Positions 51,656 to 63,841 are shown, numbered from the whole stretch's first letter. The stretch is DNA of 63,841 nucleotides, filler included, from Octopus bimaculoides (GCF_001194135.2; 6 parts of 4 records of this genome joined end to end with filler, not necessarily neighbours in it), one strand, 5' to 3'. Made by a program: numbers and translations. The notes: generated from the sequence alone by a model not told the origin.

Positions 51656-53770
51656 TTTGTGGTTTCCTTTCATTATAACTTTATTTCAGCTGCCTTAGCA
51701 CCGGGCATCCTCCGGAGGCTAAGAGTAGCATGGGCACTTTTGTTTTACTATGCATTCTAAAATTATCACCACATTTATTCCATTTTAGATGGAGAGTGCT
51801 TTCCGTAGTATATGGGCCATCAAGGTTATCTTTTGTAGTTCACGGAGACTGGGGTTACCAGGGAGTTGCTTAATATACTTCTGAGCTCCCTTCTTTATCA
51901 TTTCCAACGCACCAACACCAATTGCTACTGGTATTATCGTAGTACTAAGCTTTCACATTTTTGTCATTTCAATTTGCAGATCTTTATAGTGAGAAAACTT
52001 TCCGTATTCCTTTCTTGAGACATTTTGATCTTGTCGGACAGATATATCTATTAACAGGCAAATTCCTCTGTTGTAGTCCTTGATCACAATGTCTGGTCGA
52101 TTGGAGTCAATTTTTCTGTCTGTTTGTTTTGGTAGGTGTCAAAGGATGGTTACGCCTTCACCATTTACTACATCTTCTGGATGGTAACTGCACCAGTTAT
52201 CATGGGATTTAATTTTGCAGTATTTACAAGCATTCCAGTGGATGTACTGTCATAGACTGTCATATTTTATGAGATGCTCCTTTTCAGCGAGGACTGGGCA
52301 GCCAGAAACAACATGGTCAATTGTCTTTGTGAATTTTCCATAAATTCCGCACGAGGGGTTAGATCAATCTTTAAGGACGTTTGCATGGTAGTTTCTGGTA
52401 GGTAAGCTCTGATCTTGCGCTGCAATAAAAAAACCTTCTTTTTCCCCTTTCAGACCTGTCCCTTGTAGCCATTGACGTGTTATATTTTGGTCAGTATCTG
52501 GCTTGGACAGGTGGTTAGGGTATTTTCCATGCAGGAGTTTACCTTTCCAGTTGTCTTCGATATTATTCGTGCAAGCCTTCTTTGCTTTTTGTTTGATGTT
52601 TTTTGCATCAATGATAGGTTTGCAACTATTTGGATCTCTTTGGTCTTTCTGATTGTTAATTTCTAAATCAGGAGAAGCAATGGTAGGTCTGGCAGTATTT
52701 AGATGCCTTTGGTCATTCTTATTGTTAACTTGGAGGCAAAGAGACTTTTAAAATTTCTAAGCTTCATGACTGAAGCTTGCTTGGAATCTTTATGCTTCAG
52801 TGTAGCTCATAAGAGCATATCATTTGTTGTATTGAAGTACGTTTCAAGGCCTATTATTGCTGACTTGAAGGATTGCTGGAGCTGTATCAGGCCTCTTCCA
52901 CCTCTTTTTCTTGTGAGATAAATCCTGTCTACATCTGATTTTGCATGGTGCATTCGGTACCTTGTAAAGATTTTACAGATCTTTCCATCCATATTCTGCA
53001 TGTCAGTGAGACTCCACTTCATGATACCGCAGCTATATGTGGTTACTGGTATGACTAAAGATTTGATCGCATCAATTCAGTTAGCAGTATTTGATTCTGA
53101 GTTTAGGATCATTCTTACCCTCCGGTAGCATTCCCTGCGGATTTTCTCTTTCATTTTAGAGTGCTGGATATCATCCCCTTCATTGGTTCCCAGATATTTG
53201 TATACTTTGGATTGGTCTAGGTTTTGAATAGTTGTGGTAGTATCAAGTTTTATGTTTTCTGCGTGTATGAACTTCCCTGCCTTGAAAGTAGCCGTTGCAC
53301 ATTTATCAAGTGCGAATTCCATACCTATATTAAAGCTGAATTCTTTGACAATACTCAAAGAATTTAGGAGCTCTTCTAATTCTTTGTCGTTTTGGGCAGT
53401 TTTAGATCATCCATATAGAGTAGATGATTAATTTTCTGGTCAGAGATCTTATACCCTCTCTTAGCATTATTCAGTTGCATAGGTGAAGGGAACAGATCGA
53501 GGTAGAATAGTAATTTTGATAATGAGTCACCTTGAAAGATACCACAGGCGATATTGATGTCTGGTGAGGTGGTATATGCTTGTGTATGGTTTAAAATGAG
53601 GGTCGTTCTCCACGAATTTATGATTACTTTTTAAAAGTTCACAATCATTGGAGCTATCTTGTAAATTTCCGGGCCTTGAAGATCCATGCATGGGGAATGT
53701 CAAAAGCCTTCATTTAATCTATCCAAACGATACTAAGGATTCTGCGTTTGGATTTGCAATTTTCAATGAC
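51656..53770 (-). mobile_element. R4/Dong-type retrotransposon, 5'-truncated (~2.1 kb), inactive
   Basis: IENCKSKRRILSIVWID*MKAFD; GIFQGDSLS; MEFALDKCATATFKAG...YKYLG; SDVDRIYLTRKRGGRGL; RPDIVIK RLE region; ends ILRKALSI* near 51787. The 5' end is fused to (TAA)n. Confidence 0.9.
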
Positions 53771-53833
<63 letters not shown>

Positions 53834-53886
53834 CATTATCATAATCATCATTACTATCACTATTACTACTACCACTACTACTACTA
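53771..53886. repeat. (ATT)n array grading into (ATC)/(ACT)
   Basis: Directly visible in the sequence. Confidence 0.95.
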
Positions 53887-54329
53887 TTCGTGTTTGGACT
53901 GGATGCGTGTTCGTGTTCATGGCACGTACGTTTTCTTTAAAATTTGTTTTATTAGTTGTAATTCCAAGTTTTGGTGAAATCTTAACAAAATAACCCAACT
54001 TACAGCAAGCTGGGTTAGCTGGTGTGACGAGAATTCGACCTTTAAGGGCGGATTTTGAGATTTAAAATGACAAATTTAATATTTTAAAACTAAAATATCA
54101 ATATGCCTTCCCAAATCGATGGAGGCGATGGCTGTTGGAATAGCCTTTATGACATTGTTTTCCTACCACTTGTCGATCTGGTCGAAAAACGAAGCAAAGG
54201 CAGCAGCAATAACAAACAGCAACAACAATGACAACAACAGCAACAATAGCAATAGCAACAGAAGCAGCAGTAGCGACGAGCAGAATATATTTAAAATAAC
54301 TCAAGCACGACATCCACCACTTTCCTCAA

Positions 54330-57290
54330 CACCATAACCACCACCACTACCACCGCCACCACCAACACAAACATTAATAAGCCGACAAAAGCGGCCGTTC
54401 CTTATTCTAAGCAGAATGGGAACTGTTTCGCACAAGTTAGTCAAGTTGACACAAAAAATGTTGAGCAACGTTTCCAAAGAACAGTCTTCCTTAACACAAC
54501 GGAGGAGGTGTGCAAGACACCAAGAAAAAAAAATTGTATATAAATGTATATTATTAAAGACGAAGAGACTGAGGGCGACCTCCATGGGCTCATATTGAAA
54601 AATGCTTGCGACCAATCTGGAGGACGCTTTAGCACAGTTAAGGTAAGATTCTCAACTAAAGAATTTGCTAAAGAAAATTCCAGAATAACCCACAAAAGTG
54701 AAGAATTGTGGCTAATTCTGACATAACTCGGTCGAAAGGTTGGCAAAATCAAGGTAGCGGAGGTGCCACCATACGTGGACATCGATTTGCTTGTAGCAGC
54801 CGTTTTATTCGATATAAAAGACAGAATAAAAATTCTGCTTGTCAACAAAATGAATAAGAAGTACTGGCCAGGTACAGGCATGGAATTGTGGATGCACGGT
54901 GATCTGACCAGTATCGAAGCAATATTTTTTCCGACGGTGAAAACGCGTCTAGCGATGAAAACAGTCTTGGAAACCCGTCAGAATAGGTCCTGATGAAATG
55001 AAAAAGGAAAAAATTACAAATGAAAAGCACGATACAAGGTTAAAATCAAATCGATTAGACAAGGAGACACAGGAACCAACAAACCATTATACACCTACAC
55101 TTCCTACAGCAACGCAATTAGATACACATCTTCGGCATTACAAACATCACCAACATTACAAACACTTCAACAGACGAAAACACGTAGCACTCCAGAACAA
55201 CAACAGGAATAGCACTCCAAAGGCATCACTAATTACACAGCAATAGACGCAGACAACAAGAACTTAATAAAACATGTTAAAAATACCGACATTACGCTAA
55301 ATGAATATATAACATGCCCGCATAACACTCTGATTCACATAAAAAATATGCAACCAAAGCAACAGGCTTACAACAAACTGAAAATAAAATATACCATTGG
55401 AATGGAAGATTTCTGTGGACCCATAAATAAAAGGTTCTACCAAGAAAACTTTTGAGACACCCACAAATGGCCAAAAGACAAATCATGTTTCTCCATAGAA
55501 ATAGGATAAACACTGCCTTGCTCAGAATAGGAAGTATAAATTCAAGTGGTCTGGGGTCACCTTGGAAACAGCCATCTGCTCAATGACCTCAGATCACTAA
55601 GTTTAAGTTGTAGTGGCTATCAGAGAAACCAGATTCTCCGACCGACGAGCTTTCATGCCCATTTTCGTTGGTTACGAGATTTATTTATCTCCATGTCAAC
55701 CGGGAATGTGCAGTATCGTTCCAGAGAGGTCTGGATCTGAAGATAAGGACTATCTTCCTGGTCTCAGAACGTCAGTTGGTGGTCTTAGATGTGAACAGTA
55801 GCGACGAATGTGCTTTCAGACTGATAGCTGTTTGTGCTCTGACAGGGACAGGACAACCGGATTTCTTCGTATGTTTGAAGGTTTTGCTGGGAACGTTTCG
55901 ACCGTTAGTACTAGTGGGTGACTAGAATGCCATCTTGGACGCACTTTTGGATTTTGTGGGGCTAGCTGTCAGAAGATTGGGGGTTCAAAAGCCTCGCAAA
56001 CCTGTTCCAAGTACCGACTGGATTTCTCAAATGTGCCAGTGTGCAAATGGACGAACTGCATCGGTTCATCCAGGTCGTATCTTAGAGTATTTTGTAGGCC
56101 GGTAGATTAGAATAGTATAAATTGTCCACTTTTTAAACTCATCGGCTACACAGACCACGAATTTGTGATCTGCACAGTCGATTTAGATTTCACAGACAGG
56201 AACCTGGTTACTGGAAGCTGAAAGCGTACCTACAAAAGTGCCAACCTTATAGAGAATGAACTAGCAAATTAGTTAAGCGGACGATGATGGGGTCACTCCT
56301 CTACAACAAATGGCCAATTCTTCTACTCTTAGCACGGAGGATGCATTGTCAGAGTTAATTTGTGTGCTCTGAGACAGTAAGGAGAGAAAGCTGCTCGATG
56401 GGCCAGAATGACAGGTGCAACATGGAAACAAAGCCACAATTCGGTTTTTGGTGGACAAAGATGGGCGCATGGTACTCGAGCTGGAGAAGATATGTACCGT
56501 ATTTCAACAGCACTTCGCGCAACAGTTTAGGGCGAGTGGCAGTCTGGAACTTAGAATTGACTTTAGTGCCTACCTCGACGGCATGCCACGACTTTCGGCA
56601 AGGGGATGGAGCGTTGCGAAATGCTGATGACAGTCGCGGAAATATAGGATGCGATAATAGGCTAGCACAGGGGAACAATGACCTGGTTTGGCTGGTCTGC
56701 CCAACGAGCCTTATTTCTATATACCAGACTTGTTTGGCGGCCTCTTAGCAACTGATAGCAGAACGAGAGAAGTTCTAGTTCTGTGAGTCGAAGAGTAGTG
56801 GCACTGCTAACAAAGGCGATCAAATAGAAAACTTTAGGTTTATAATGTGAAGAAGAACTGGAGCAAGGTGACGAGCAGGATGTTCAATCTCACCTAGAAA
56901 TGGGCCAAGAGAAGGCTGTCACTGAACGGTCGAGTAGTGACGCAAATGCTTACATTGCCTCCGTTATATACTATCGCCTGACCGTCGTGCCTTACTCCAG
57001 TTTACGTCTGACCAAATCGGAGCGAATAACCTTCCGCTTTCTGTGAAGTGAATGCGTTCCATTGGTCAAGCGCTCTATTTGATGTCAACAACTGCTGAAT
57101 GGAGAGTTGGACATGCCGTGGCTACTGATGTGCAGACGTGCGCTGAAGTCGCAACATCTCCAACGCTTCCTTGATGGCGTGCAGGTGCGGTCATACAGGG
57201 TTTTGTACACACTCTCTTTACTGAGCTGCAGTCCTGGATCAAGCGTAGACCGAGGTAGGACGCCTGGCACCTAAGATATTGTTAGGCATT
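54330..57290 (+). mobile_element. Decayed Tx1/L1-like LINE (ORF1, APE endonuclease, C-terminal remnant; RT largely deleted)
   Basis: ORF1-like KIKVAEVPPYVDIDLLVAAV; APE motifs LRIGSINSSGLG...HLLNDLRSL, FRLIAVCA...LVLVGD*NAILD, GYWKL; LEKICTVFQQHFAQQF. Many stops and frameshifts. Confidence 0.72.
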
Positions 57291-57299
57291 CACAATCCT

Positions 57300-58520
57300 C
57301 TATCAGTTGAGCAATGAGGTCGATAGAAGTTCCACTTTATCTCGTTTGTGCTAATATAATTTCTCAGTGACTGGAAACTCACTGGCGCTCACGATGTTGG
57401 TCACACTTTCTACTTTCTTCCCACATAACCTACTTTTATTTGTTTCATCTGTGTTATGCATATTACCTATCGAGTTTTTGTGTTTAGTGCTTGATCCAGA
57501 GCGGCCATTAACAAATTTTCTGTCTCTCTTCAGATCAACTTTTGTCAACCAGTTCCATGAAGATTCTGCTTTTACTTTCTTAATTCGTCTTTCCAATTGA
57601 CCATGTAATTCTATATATCCACCACCACCACCACCACCACCACCACCACCACCCCATGCTCAGTTTCTCAGCTGGCAACCTCTGTTTCTAATTTTCTTTA
57701 CTCTCAACAGTTTCAATGCGCAAGCCTCTGCTTTTGATATTTTGACAACATACCTCAAAAGTTCTCTGCTACAGGCCAAATACAAATCTGAAGACATTCT
57801 TTCATTAGGCACACAGTATTTCTCACGTATAAGTCCCCGTATAAGGCGTAGGAGTGGCTGTGTGGTAAGTGTCTTCTATTATAGCCTCGGGCCGACCAAA
57901 GCCTTGTGAGTGGATTTGGTAGACGGAAACTGAAAGAAGCCCGTCGTATATATGTATATATATGTATGTGTGTGTATATGTTTGCGTGTCTGTGTTTGTC
58001 CCCCCAACATCGCTTGACAACCGATGCTGGTGTGTTTACGTCCCCGTAACTTAGCGGTTCGGCAAAAGAGACCGATAGAATAAGTACTAGGCTTCCAAAG
58101 AATAAGTCTTGGGGTCGATTTGTTCGACTAAAGGTGGTGCTCCAGCATGGTCACAGTCAAATGACTGAAACAAGTAAAAGAGTAAAAGAGAGAGTCCTCT
58201 TCCGTTTCGTGAATAACTTTTCTTGGGATGCACCATTGTCAACCATTTTCTTTAGCATTAACTTATCCAACTTCTCTATCTTTTCTTTGGTCCACTTCAA
58301 AATTGCTGCACTATACCTAATAACTGGCATAGTCCAGAGTTTTTCCCACTCAATGTTGTTTTCTGTAATATCTCTACCCTGTTTAGATGAACTTCTATCA
58401 TATTTCCTTTCATTTTCTCATTTAGAACTTTGTCCACCTACTAAATCCCCAAATATTTGTACCCACTATCCTCAAGGTCACCAATTCACTTTCCATCAGT
58501 TAATTCAATCCAACTACAAC
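57300..58520 (-). mobile_element. Degenerate R4/Dong-type fragment interrupted by a SINE
   Basis: SWNWLTKVDLKR...SRLCGKKVESVTNIVSA (57351-57596) and WTMPVIRYSAAILKWTKEKIEKLDK (58230-58340). The KRKR|GRGLI motif is split by the SINE. Confidence 0.75.
57845..58193 (+). mobile_element. SINE family 2, well conserved, with a deletion in the tRNA head
   Basis: gcgtaggagtggctgtgtggtaagt joins directly to gtcttctattatagcctcggg; internal (TA)/(TG) repeat; (agtaaaag) tail. Confidence 0.92.
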
Positions 58521-58539
58521 TTACAATCCTGCCTCTCTT

Positions 58540-58752
58540 CATAGTCAGCATGGCATCAATCGAACCCAGTTGACACGGAAACGACCTTGGATTTGAATAC
58601 GGCTATTCATTCGAACAGCGAACGAAGTGCGAACAACTTTGGATGCAAGATGTGCTGTAGAATCTTTGCAACTGAAAGAGGCTTGAAGATACATCAGGGA
58701 AAGACTTGTGGGAAGAAGACAGAGCAGTGTAGATCATCTGATCGTAGAACAC
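58540..58752 (+). mobile_element. 5' coding start of a HERO/R2-group RLE retrotransposon (zinc finger), cut by a scaffold end
   Basis: CKMCCRIFATERGLKIHQGKTC. The RGLKIHQ..C motif is recalled from HERO elements. Confidence 0.6.
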
Positions 58753-58852
58753 NNNNNNNNNNNNNNNNNNNNNNNNNNNNNNNNNNNNNNNNNNNNTTAA
58801 TTAATTAANNNNNNNNNNNNNNNNNNNNNNNNNNNNNNNNNNNNNNNNNNNN
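58753..58852. other. Synthetic scaffold-join spacer
   Basis: N44-TTAATTAATTAA-N44. Confidence 0.95.
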
Positions 58853-60049
58853 TATATATATAATGGTAGGGCAGTGGAATAGTGAAAACTGAGTACCACA
58901 TCAAATACTTTACAGTTGAAGTTTGAATACAGCTGGGGGTGATTTTTGCCTTTAGTCTTGCCTTGGTTAATAAAATAAATCTCAGGTATGGCGCTGGCTT
59001 TCTTACAATATGGTTTCCAATCTTTATCTCACAACATGGGACCCTAGGCAAATGTCTTCTACAGTAACCTCAGGCTGACTAATGTCTTGGTGTAGAACAG
59101 GCAGATGGAAACAGTTTAGTAGCCTAATATATGTGTGTGTGTGTGTGTGTGTGTATTCCATGTCCTCACAGAAAACACATTGAACAAAAAAATGGTGATA
59201 TTTGTTGACATCCCCTTTCATAGGTAAATGGCATTAAAAAAAATCCATTTACCTGAAATACAATTAAGAGGGACTGGACTGGAAGAGCATTGGCTGTAGA
59301 ACATTGCAACAATACCTCAATGCACACTCAGCCAACCCATGCTAGCATGAAGGAAAAAAAAATGTAAACAAACACATCTCCCTTACAAATCCACAGCTTT
59401 GTGTCAATCAATATTTATGTATGCTACTGTAGCTAGAAGATTCTGGAGAAAACACATCCATAAACTGTGTATTGTTTCTGACAAATAATATTTAGATAGC
59501 ATATAAATTGGGATATTCATAGAATAATAGTTTGACATTATTTTTTAACACAGATAACAATAGATAATAAAGTCACTTAAAATCCAGATGTTGAATTTTA
59601 ATGTCAGCATTAACACAATTTAGTGTTGGTTGGTGTAACTGCAATTCATCATTTCATCATTTCCAAATCTCAGTTTTTCTTCACTGACATTGTCAAAATC
59701 CTTTCGAAAGATAAGAATGTCACTAATTTCTTTACTTCCATCCATTCATGACTTCCAGATTTTGGCACAAGGCTAGCAATTCTGAGGGAAGGGTAAGTCG
59801 ATTACATTGACCCTGATGCTCAACTAGTTGTGTAACAATTTGACTATCTGTTGTACTAATGCAGGAAATCACTATTCTATACTTGTCAGTGAAAAAATTC
59901 AAAACATCATACAATCTCAGCATGTTGACATGATTTTGCATAAAATTCCTTTGTTTTGAGATCAAATCTTGCTAAAGGTATTTTTTATACTATAATGGAC
60001 CAATAAAAAGAATACTAGGCTGATTTGATTTCCAGTTCTTTATTCTTTC

Positions 60050-60134
60050 TTTTACTCGGTTCAGCTATTTGACTGTGGCCATGCTGGAGCACTGCCTTTA
60101 GTCAAACAAATTAACCCCAGGACTTATTCTTTGT
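60050..60134 (-). mobile_element. SINE family 2, 3' tail fragment
   Basis: tttactcggttcagctatttgactgtggccatgctggagcactgcctttagtc...ccccaggacttattctttgtaa. Confidence 0.8.
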
Positions 60135-60343
60135 AACATTATATTCAAGCCAGGTGGTATTAGCTTTGAGTCTCTACATCTACACAGGAAAGTTAGATGG
60201 TTTGAAAGACGAGCTGGAGTTTCTCTATGTCTCCATTGAAGTCTAATGTTGGCTCCGTACCAATTAGATAATACAATACTTTATTTAAGAGATGAGGAAT
60301 TATTTACATTTGACAGATATTTGTCCTCATCTTGTTTGTTGTT

Positions 60344-60389
60344 AACACAATGTTTCGGTTGATATACCCTCCAGCCTTCATCAAGTGTC
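60344..60389 (-). ncRNA. Decayed minimal type I hammerhead ribozyme
   Basis: GACAC uUGAUGA A GGCUG(10-nt loop)CAaCC GAAA CaUU^GUGUU. Lower-case marks three departures from a canonical fold (C3, one stem II pair, stem III G). Confidence 0.7.
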
Positions 60390-60454
60390 TTGGGGAAATT
60401 TTGAACCTGGGTTCACATTCCTACGGTATTTTTCCATATTATTATTATTATTAT

Positions 60455-60528
60455 TCCAGTCACTACCTGGAATCGAACTCGGAATCTTGAGGTTAGTAGC
60501 CCATGTTCTTAACCACTACGCCATATGC
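60455..60528 (-). other. tRNA-like sequence with Pol III A and B boxes (not a functional tRNA)
   Basis: A box TGGCGTAGTGG (60513-60523), B box GAGTTCGATTCC (60469-60480). No acceptor stem; stems are mismatched. Confidence 0.8.
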
Positions 60529-60893
60529 CCGTGGGCAATTATGGAGTGAATTTTAGGGCTTATAAATCTAATATTTTCCTATTCTTCCTTAATACCAGTT
60601 CCCATATGCTNNNNNNNNNNNNNNNNNNNNNNNNNNNNNNNNNNNNNNNNNNNNNNNNNNNNNNNNNNNNNNNNNNNNNNNNNNNNNNNNNNNNNNNNNN
60701 NNNNNNNNNNNNNNNNNNNNNNNNNNNNNNNNNNNNNNNNNNNNNNNNNNNNNNNNNNNNNNNNNNNNNNNNNNNNNNNNNNNNNNNNNNNNNNNNNNNN
60801 NNNNNNNNNNNNNNNNNNNNNNNNNNNNNNNNNNNNNNNNNNNNNNNNNNNNNNNNNNNNNNNNNNNNNNNNNNNNNNNNNNNNNNNNNNNNN

Positions 60894-62584
60894 AAAGGTT
60901 TCAACTTTGCGACAACCATCAAGCACATTCCATACTTGGACATAATAGCCCCTATTGAAGGGATAGCCATAAAGATACCAAAAGCTCAGGGAGATGAACT
61001 AAGATGGAAAGTGAGACAGGTATTAGAAAAAGCAAAACTTCCCAAACCAAACATCACTAAGGAAGAAAAGTTCTCTATCAAAAGATTACAGAGTGACAAT
61101 TCCATCATAATACTTCCAGCAGACAAGGGAAATGCTACAGTGGTGATGAACAAGTCTGACTACTCTGAAAAAATTGGCAAGTCTTATAAGTGATGGTAGC
61201 TACAGCAAAGAAAAGAAAGACCCAACTCTGAAAACAGACAGGAAGTTGTCACAGATCTTGATCAAGAACAAAGATCACGTTACACCAATGAAGTACAGAC
61301 AACTAACTCAGCACCACAGTAAACTACCACACATGTACGGTCTCACAAGGCTGGTATTCCATTAAGACCTATAGTGAACTGTGGAGGTTCAGCATGTCAT
61401 CCACTGAGCTGCTTCCTTGTGGATATAATCAGTCCATTAGCAGTAAAGTCAACATCATATGTGAAGAATTCCACCCACTTCACAGAATTGATTAAAGATA
61501 CTCCCATTGAATCCAACAAGATGGTGAGTCTAGATGTGATAAGTCTGTTCACCAAAGTCCCACCTGGTGAAGCAATATCAGTGATTCAAGACAAACTAGT
61601 GACAGACACCCATCTAAAAGAACGTATTAGTATACCAATAACAAACCTGATGGAAATGTTGGCCTTCTGTGTAAAATCAACCTACTTCAGTATGGACACT
61701 GATATATATCGACAAGAAAATGGTTTAGCTATGGGTTCGCCATTATCACCGATAATAGCCAATATATACATGGAATACTTCGAGAATTTGGCTTTAGGAT
61801 CAAAACCACTAAAACCAACCCTATGACTGCGATATGTTAATGAACCTTTATACTCTGGCCCCACCAGGAAGATGTCTAAGTGCTGTTAGATCATGTGAAC
61901 TCAATAAAGTCATCCATACAATTCACAATGGAAAAGGAAAAAGACAATCAGCTAGCATTCCTGGATGTATTAATAACACGCACCAAGTATGGATTCAGGA
62001 CATCCGTATACCGCAAGCCAACCTTCACTGGACGATACTTCAACTTCAATTCTCACCACCCATACAACGTAAAGAGAGGGATTACTCAGTGCTTAAAACA
62101 TCGAGCAAAGAATATAAGTAGCGATCATGATAGCCACCACAAAGAAATGATCAAGCTCAGTAACAATCTATTAAGTAATAACTACCCCAAAGAACATACT
62201 ATCCACTCCAATTATGAAGAAAAGAGAGGGTGAAACCAATAAACTGTCCACAGTCTGTCTACTCTATGTGAAAGGCTTCTCCAAAAAGATACAAAAGATA
62301 TGTGGCCCATATGACATCAGGACAGTATTCAAGAGTAACACAACACTTCACAAATATCTCCTTCGAGTAAAACCACCAATAGAAGAGAATATGACCAAAG
62401 ACTGCGTGTACTCCATCCCATGCAGCTGTGATAGATTATACAAAGGCGAAACATGCCACTCCCCTCAAAATAAGAGTAGACAAACATCGCAAAGCTGTGA
62501 CATGAGGAGATATTGATAAATCGGGTTTAGCTGATCATGTATGGAAAAATGGAGACCACCTCCCCCTGTGGGATGAAGTTAAAA
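60894..62584 (+). mobile_element. Penelope/Poseidon-type retroelement body (RT plus GIY-YIG endonuclease), frameshifted
   Basis: KGFNFA; ILPADKGNATVVM; VSLDVISLFTKVP; GLAMGSPLSPIIANIYME; LRYVN (YVDD equivalent); FLDVLI; VYRKPT; NSHHP; CVYSIPCSCDRLYKGET. Confidence 0.93.
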
Positions 62585-62684
62585 NNNNNNNNNNNNNNNN
62601 NNNNNNNNNNNNNNNNNNNNNNNNNNNNTTAATTAATTAANNNNNNNNNNNNNNNNNNNNNNNNNNNNNNNNNNNNNNNNNNNN
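62585..62684. other. Synthetic scaffold-join spacer
   Basis: N44-TTAATTAATTAA-N44. Confidence 0.95.
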
Positions 62685-63407
62685 ATGTGTGTGTGTGTGT
62701 GTGTATATGAACGTGTGTGTGTGTGTGCGTGCAGTCTACTAGTGTTTACCAACAAGTAGCAGAAGAGGAGGAGAGAGAATCAATGGGAATCAGTAAGTTA
62801 CTTAGGTGGTTTAAAAAGCAGTTTTATGTGTGTGAGTAGCAACAGGCTGAGTAAGGCACGGGATGCTGTGTCTTGTTATTAATTTTCATTTTCTTTTACG
62901 CTGACAGCAGCAGCACCAGAATGAAAAGCAAGGTAATAGAAACTACACAAGCAGTGACAGTAGAAGTAGGAGTAGAAGTGGTAGTAAAAGTAGGAGTAGT
63001 AATAGTATGAGCAATAACAGTCGCAGTAGCAGCGGAGCTTGGAGTCTAAGCTGCTTGTTGTTCTTTAGTTGTGGGCCAACACCTAATCAAAAACATCCCA
63101 GTTATGACCATCCCGTCGGTTTAAATGTATTTTGAAATACTTTAATGTAAATTTCTTAATGTGAGGAATACGAATAAATAATATTAGCCGAGCAGATTTG
63201 GTTTCTTATATTTTATGGCTTATCTCTAATTATTTAATTAATGAATTAATTATCCAGTGTGTGCTTCCTTTCTTAAGATACAAGGGCGTTAATTTTTGAG
63301 AGATTAGGCGGCTACATCAAATTACGCGAACGACCCACGTTAGAAGCTCCTCTCGTTGACTCGTGAAGTAGGTTACAATATTTGCGCTTGATAAATAGGC
63401 CTTCATT

Positions 63408-63490
63408 CAGCTCAATTAATCAATGGTTAGCAAATCCGCTTCGCAACTACGAGGTCTCCGGTTCGAGCCCACTGTAGCACTTCAGGGGAA
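63408..63490 (+). mobile_element. Degenerate SINE tRNA-like head
   Basis: caatggttagcaaatccgcttcgcaactacgaggtctccggttcgagcccactg. Confidence 0.55.
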
Positions 63491-63671
63491 GATAATTTTC
63501 TTTATTAGCTCGTATTGACTCATGCGCTGTGATTAAAACAGGGCACACAAACGATGCAGGCCACTCCCGTCGGTTGGATTGTTCGAGTTGTTCGAAAGGC
63601 ACCGTCTTGTCACGCATTGGATAGTCCACATTTCTCTGTAGGGAGCATAGGGCCGTTTTCCCGGTGTCATT

Positions 63672-63707
<36 letters not shown>

Positions 63708-63841
63708 CGCGCGTGTATATATGTATAATTTTGGTGCGAATGGGTTTGCTATACGGTGCCGTGTTTCACAGTCCAGTAAATAATAGTAATGGTATTTATA
63801 TAAGCTTAAAAGCTTATAGCGATCACCATGCAATGGCTAAC

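Larger units (their letters stand above)
60135..60530 (-). mobile_element. Penelope 5' unit (pLTR plus ORF N-terminus), inverted relative to the element body
   Basis: Minus-strand order: tRNA-like segment, (TAA)n, hammerhead, then YGANIRL...ARLSNHLTFLCRCRDSKLIPPGL (typical PLE N-terminus). Confidence 0.8.

Noticed and set aside
54930-55000. GAAAACGCGTC...CCTGATGAA hammerhead-like words
   Set aside because: No pairing stems, and it lies within the Tx1-like ORF1; treated as coincidence.
60455-60528. Functional tRNA gene (likewise the SINE heads at 16027, 21085 and 63408)
   Set aside because: A and B boxes are present, but acceptor and anticodon stems are broken and the sequences continue into repeat bodies.

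Overview
Eukaryotic, AT-rich, gap-rich genomic DNA dominated by repeats. The SINE families and microsatellite load suggest an octopus; this is recalled pattern recognition, not a database hit. The window is not one contig. Five identical synthetic spacers (N44-TTAATTAATTAA-N44) join six segments: 1-14933, 15034-38859, 38960-50692, 50793-58752, 58853-62584 and 62685-63841. The only host coding sequence I can support is one 249-bp minus-strand exon (9936-10184) of an MFSD6-like transporter with clean AG/GT splice sites. The rest is decayed mobile DNA: R4/Dong-type RLE retrotransposons (all on the minus strand, most fused to (TAA)n arrays); RTE, CR1-like, Tx1/L1-like and HERO-like LINE fragments; Tc1/mariner remnants (DD34D, DD37D, DD41D); a Helentron-type HINE; many tRNA-derived SINEs; and Penelope-like elements (PLE). 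The best candidates for new biology are: (i) a Penelope 5' unit with a tRNA-like Pol III promoter directly upstream of a minimal hammerhead ribozyme; (ii) a fully foldable minimal hammerhead with a non-canonical core at 49012-49048; (iii) Dong elements joined tail-to-tail to the (ATT)n tails of SINEs; (iv) repeated long foldback structures enclosing microsatellites. Repeat boundaries were read by eye and are approximate. No searches or folding programs were run.
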